From assembly GCF_009914755.1 (NCBI RefSeq), contig NC_060930.1: a stretch of DNA of 64,000 bases; one strand, written 5' to 3'. The translations under genes and the position numbers were made by a program. This stretch comes from the human T2T-CHM13v2.0 reference genome, Homo sapiens. Shown here piece by piece: positions 59,794-64,000 of the stretch. Under the pieces are notes generated by a model, which saw only the letters and a program-made list of their open reading frames with translations, was not told the origin of the DNA and did no database searches. Within the stretch, counting starts at the first letter, position 1. Every line of letters begins with the position of its first letter.

Positions 59794-61523
59794 GGGGTTT
59801 TCTGGTGTTGTCTTCTAGAATTTTTATAGTTTCAGGTCTTAGATTTAAGTCCTTGATCCACCTTGAGTTGACTTTTGTATAAGGTGAGAGATGAGGATCC
59901 AGTTTCATTCTCCTACATGTGGCTAGCCAATTATCCCAGCATCATTTGTTGAATAGGGTGTCCTTTCCCCACTTTATGTTTTTGTTTGCTTTGTCAAACA
60001 TCAGTTGGGTGTAAGTATTTGGGTTTATTTCTGGGTTCTCTATTCTGCTCCATCAGTATATTAGCCTATTTTTATATAAGTACCATGCTGTTTTGGTGAC
60101 TAGGGGCTTATAGTATAGCTTGAAATCAGGCAATGTGATACCTGTAGATTTGTTGTTATTGTTTAGTCTTGCTTTGGCTACCCAGGCTTTTTTTTGGTTT
60201 CATATAAATTTTAGGATTGTTTTTTCTAGTTCTGTGAAGAATGATGGTGGTATTTTGATGGAAATTGCACTAAATTGCATGCTGCTTTTGGAAATATAGT
60301 CACATTCACAATATTGATTCTACCCATCTATGAGCATAGAATGTGTTTCCATTTGTTTGTGTCATCTATGATTTCATTCACCTGTGTTTTATAGTTTTCC
60401 TTGTAGAGGTCTTTCACCTCATGGTTAGGCAAGGATTTCCTGACCAAGAACCCAAAAGTAAATGCAAATAAAAGGAGAGATAATTAGCTGGGACTCAAGT
60501 AAGCTAAAGAGCTTTTGCACAGCAAATGTAACAGTCAGCACAGTAAACAGACAACCCACAAAATGGGAGAAAATCTTCATTCACAATCTATACATCTGAC
60601 AAAAAGCTAATATCCAGAATCTACAAATAACTCAAACAAATAAGCAAGAAAAAAACAAACAAACTCACCAAAAAGTGGACTAAGGGCATGAAAACATTTC
60701 TCAAAAGAAAATGTACAAATGGCCAACAAACATGAAAAAATGCTCAGCATCACTAATGATCAGAGAAATGTAAATCAAAACCACAATGTGATACCACCTT
60801 ACTCCTGCAAGAATGGCCATAATAAAAAAATTTTAAAAAATGGATGTTGGCATGGATTCGGTGAACAGGCAACACTTCTACGCTGCTGGTGGGAATGTAA
60901 ACTAGTACAATCACTGTGAAAAACAGTGTGGAGATTCCTTAAAGAAATAAAAGTAGAACTACCATTTGATCTAGCAATCCCACTACTGGGTATTTACTCA
61001 GAGGAAAAGAAGTCATTATACGAAAAAGATATTTGTGCACGCATGTTTGTAGCAGCACAATTCAGAATTGCAAAAATGTGGAACCAACCCAAATGCCCAT
61101 CAATAAACAAATGGATAAAGAAACAGTTGTATATATATATGATGGAATATTGCTCAGCCATAAAAAGGAATGAATTATTGTCATTCACAGCAACCTGGAT
61201 GAGATTGGAGACTATTATTCTAAGTGAAGTAACTCAGGAATGGAAAACCAAACATTCTATGTTCTCACTCATAAGTGGGAGCTAAGCTATGAGGATGCAA
61301 AGGCATAAGAATGATACAATGGACTTTGTGGACTCAGGGGGGAAAGGGTGGGAAGGGGGTGAGGGATAAAAAAGTACAAATTGGGTGCAGTGTATACTGC
61401 TCAGGTGATGGGTGCACCAAAATCTCAAAAATCGCCACTAAAGAACTTAATCATGTAACCAAACACCACCTGTTCCCTAATAACCTATGAAAATAAAAAA
61501 TTTATATATATATATATATATGT
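59794..61523 (+). mobile_element. 5'-truncated L1PB1-like element with 5' inversion (59794-60424 antisense, 60425-61500 sense)
   Basis: L1PB 3' end (gggtgcagtgtatactgctcaggtgatgggtgcaccaaaatctc...aacctatgaaaataaaaaa); ORF2 C-terminal fragment 60926-61285; TSD atatactata(a/t)gaa at 59780-59793 and 61524-61537. Confidence 0.88.
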
Positions 61524-62039
61524 ATATACTATATGAATGAAAGTCTAAGATCCTATCGAAGGACATAACTGGAAAATGGAAAGTTATATTTTGTTCCAAA
61601 TATTCTGGAGATTACTAAGAAATATCATCTGAGGCAACTGTTCTCCTCTTCTCCCTCATTTTTTACTTTTACCCTCACCCAATTCCATATCCTTCATTGC
61701 TCTTTTTCTCCATCATGGCTGGTGATTACTTACAATCTCACTTAGAAATAAAGCAAAAGCACACAAAGCCATAGAAACAATGGAATAGAATAGTGTCATA
61801 GAAACAATAGAATAGAATAGTGTCACAGGATCTTAGGCCAAACCCCTATCTTCTCATCAGGACCAGAGCAGAACCTAACTTGTCTTCCAGGCTCAAATGT
61901 TGCCATCGTCTCTTTACCCACTTCTCTTCCTCACACAATTGATAATTCAAAAATGTCTACTACGTCATCAACCTTTCCTGTTTCAGCTTTCCAATGAGTT
62001 ACCTTTACTTCTAGAATAAAATTTAAAAATTGTAACTGC

Positions 62040-62515
62040 TCTTACCTCTGCCTCTTTTTCTGACTTCATGTTTTATTCATCTTCCCAGCCCTGGGCTGGG
62101 AAGCCCATCACTGGGCTTTAGCCATCCTGGCTTCCTTGATGTTCTTGAATACACTGTGCATATAAACATATAAGGGCTCTTCTCTCTGCTTTGAACACTC
62201 TTCACCCATACATTTGCATGAATTAACTTTATTTAGGTCTTGGCTCAAATGGTATTTCTTTACAGAGGACTTTCCTGACCACTCTCCAAAATGGTACTCT
62301 CTCCCCATAAATCTTTGTGCCTTTACCCAGTTTTATTTTTCTCCTTAGCATTACCTGACATTTATAAATATTTATGTATTTATTGTCTGCCTCTTCCATT
62401 AGAGTGTAAATTCCAGGAAGGCAGAGATTTTATCTCACTTAGTTTTGCATACACAGCATCTAGAACAGTGTCTGGCATAAAGTTGGTGTTCAATTAATAC
62501 ATATTGAATGAATAA
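62040..62515 (+). mobile_element. L2 3' fragment
   Basis: gaggactttcctgaccactct...gagtgtaaattccaggaaggcagagatttt...tagaacagtgtctggcata...atattgaatgaat. Confidence 0.7.
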
Positions 62516-63389
62516 TGTCCAAGGCAACTACATAACTGCACATGGGATGACCAGTGCTAGCACCCAGGCAGTCACTGTGCACTTGGAATTGCCAGAGAAG
62601 ACCTCAAAGGAGGAATCACACTTAGAGTTGGATGGGAAGGATGGGTAGGTAACCTTTACCAATCAACTGATCTCTAATAACAGATTAATACCCTGAAGTT
62701 GTGGGACATTACTGAAATGAAAAATCATTAGGCATGTCATAGACTACCCTTTTGAAGGGTTCTACACCTTAGCACCTATTTTGGCCAAGTTCAGGCCAAC
62801 ACACTTAAGTAAAAAAAGCAAAATGAAATGAGTGTTTGGGAACACATGATGTCTTAAATTTGTAAATTATTTGCTGGCTGGAGCCACTGATGGCTAAGCT
62901 TGTACATGAGGATGCTGGCAGTGCAGTAGGCTGTACTTGAAATGTTTCAGGGACCAGGCCCTGACAAAACAAAGCCTGTGGCAGGGGCAAGTGTTGTTCT
63001 TTGAATGACAAGTTTAGAGGGAATTTGGATTACTTTAAAAAAAAACAGTTCTAATACCAAACCAACCAAATTGGAAAGGGCCCATGATGTCCCTTGGCTT
63101 TTTTATGGAAGGGCTAGAAAACTGGCCTGGCATCCATGGACGGTGTCTCTGGGGGCATGGCAGGGTGGGCTCCTTGGAAGTTAAGCTAAGGTGGAGTATG
63201 TTTGTATTCTAGACTTTATATTCACTCTCATTGTAGAAGTCAAGCTTCGAGTTCTGCTGGTCATTGCAGGAATATGTACCTTCATTATGCTCAATACTCC
63301 ATTGAAAACAAACACTTTTGGAGGAATGTGCATTGAGTTTGGGAGAGAAAGTAATAGAGCAGAAAGTGCACAGATGCCAGGGTCAGGCT

Positions 63390-63815
63390 GGCCTTCCTTC
63401 ATACTTCAACTTAAATGTAATGGCTGTGTGATCTTGGGGATGTTGCTTAAATTTGGTATTCTCAAATTTAATATTTTATTCAAAAAAGGGGACTATTGTA
63501 AGAATTAAATACCTAGCAGAGTACTTGACCCATGGTAGAAATTCATGATATATAGTAGTAAAATTATCAGTAGCCATTTTTATTAAGCAATTACTATGAA
63601 CAAGATACTAAAGTGTATTTTATAATTTATTACCTCAGTTAACCCTAATGATGGTGCTATAAAATAAGTACAACTATTAGCTTCACTTAACAGACCTAAC
63701 AGGTCTGAGATTTCAAAAAGGTTAGTTTTTCCAAGTTCACAAAGATTATAAGTGGTAAAACCTGGGTCTAAATCCAAGAAGTATGACTGAGATTAAAACT
63801 GCTTTCAATCACTCT
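63390..63815. mobile_element. Two MIR fragments in opposite orientations
   Basis: ggctgtgtgatcttggggatgttgcttaa (+); ggttagtttttccaagttcaca...cctgggtctaaatccaag (-). Confidence 0.5.
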
Positions 63816-64000
63816 CAAACTTCCTTTCAAAATAATAGGAAATTGGTAATAATAATAATAATAATAATGTGGTAAAACATTATTCTTTAAGCACATTGGT
63901 TTGATCATATAACAAAATAAAAGGAAAAGAATTCATTTAACAACTGGAATTTATTGAGTTGCTTCTATGCTCCAGGTGCTATGTGCTTGCTCTTTCTCTC

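Noticed and set aside
63191-63508. 105-aa hydrophobic ORF
   Set aside because: GTG start, C-terminal half lies in a MIR, and there is no family resemblance.

Overview
Primate (most likely human or great ape) AT-rich, repeat-dense genomic DNA. I recognise no protein-coding exon of a cellular gene, and there are no prokaryotic features such as CRISPR arrays or operons. Two full-length, inactivated L1PA elements dominate the window. They lie head-to-head in inverted orientation (about 4163-10318 on -, about 41604-47751 on +) and bracket about 31 kb. That interval contains a 2.8-kb AT-rich block (33-bp and 34-bp VNTRs with fold-back inverted repeats at both edges), a small CpG-rich promoter-like element with GC boxes and POU/homeodomain sites (about 30.9-31.4 kb), and a 10-nt candidate microexon on the minus strand (32711-32720) with near-consensus splice sites and SRRM4- and RBFOX-type motifs. 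Main observations: (1) the two inverted L1s share several rare non-consensus substitutions in short patches, suggesting gene conversion between them; (2) the microexon; (3) the left L1 keeps an open ORF0 that extends to 162 aa into the Alu it interrupted; (4) a multi-layer nested insertion (L1MA > AluJ > L1PA, plus two Tigger MITEs) with readable target-site duplications; (5) a twin-primed, 5'-inverted L1PB. Repeat subfamily names come from remembered consensus sequences, need RepeatMasker/Dfam confirmation, and boundaries of old repeats are approximate. The host gene could not be identified.
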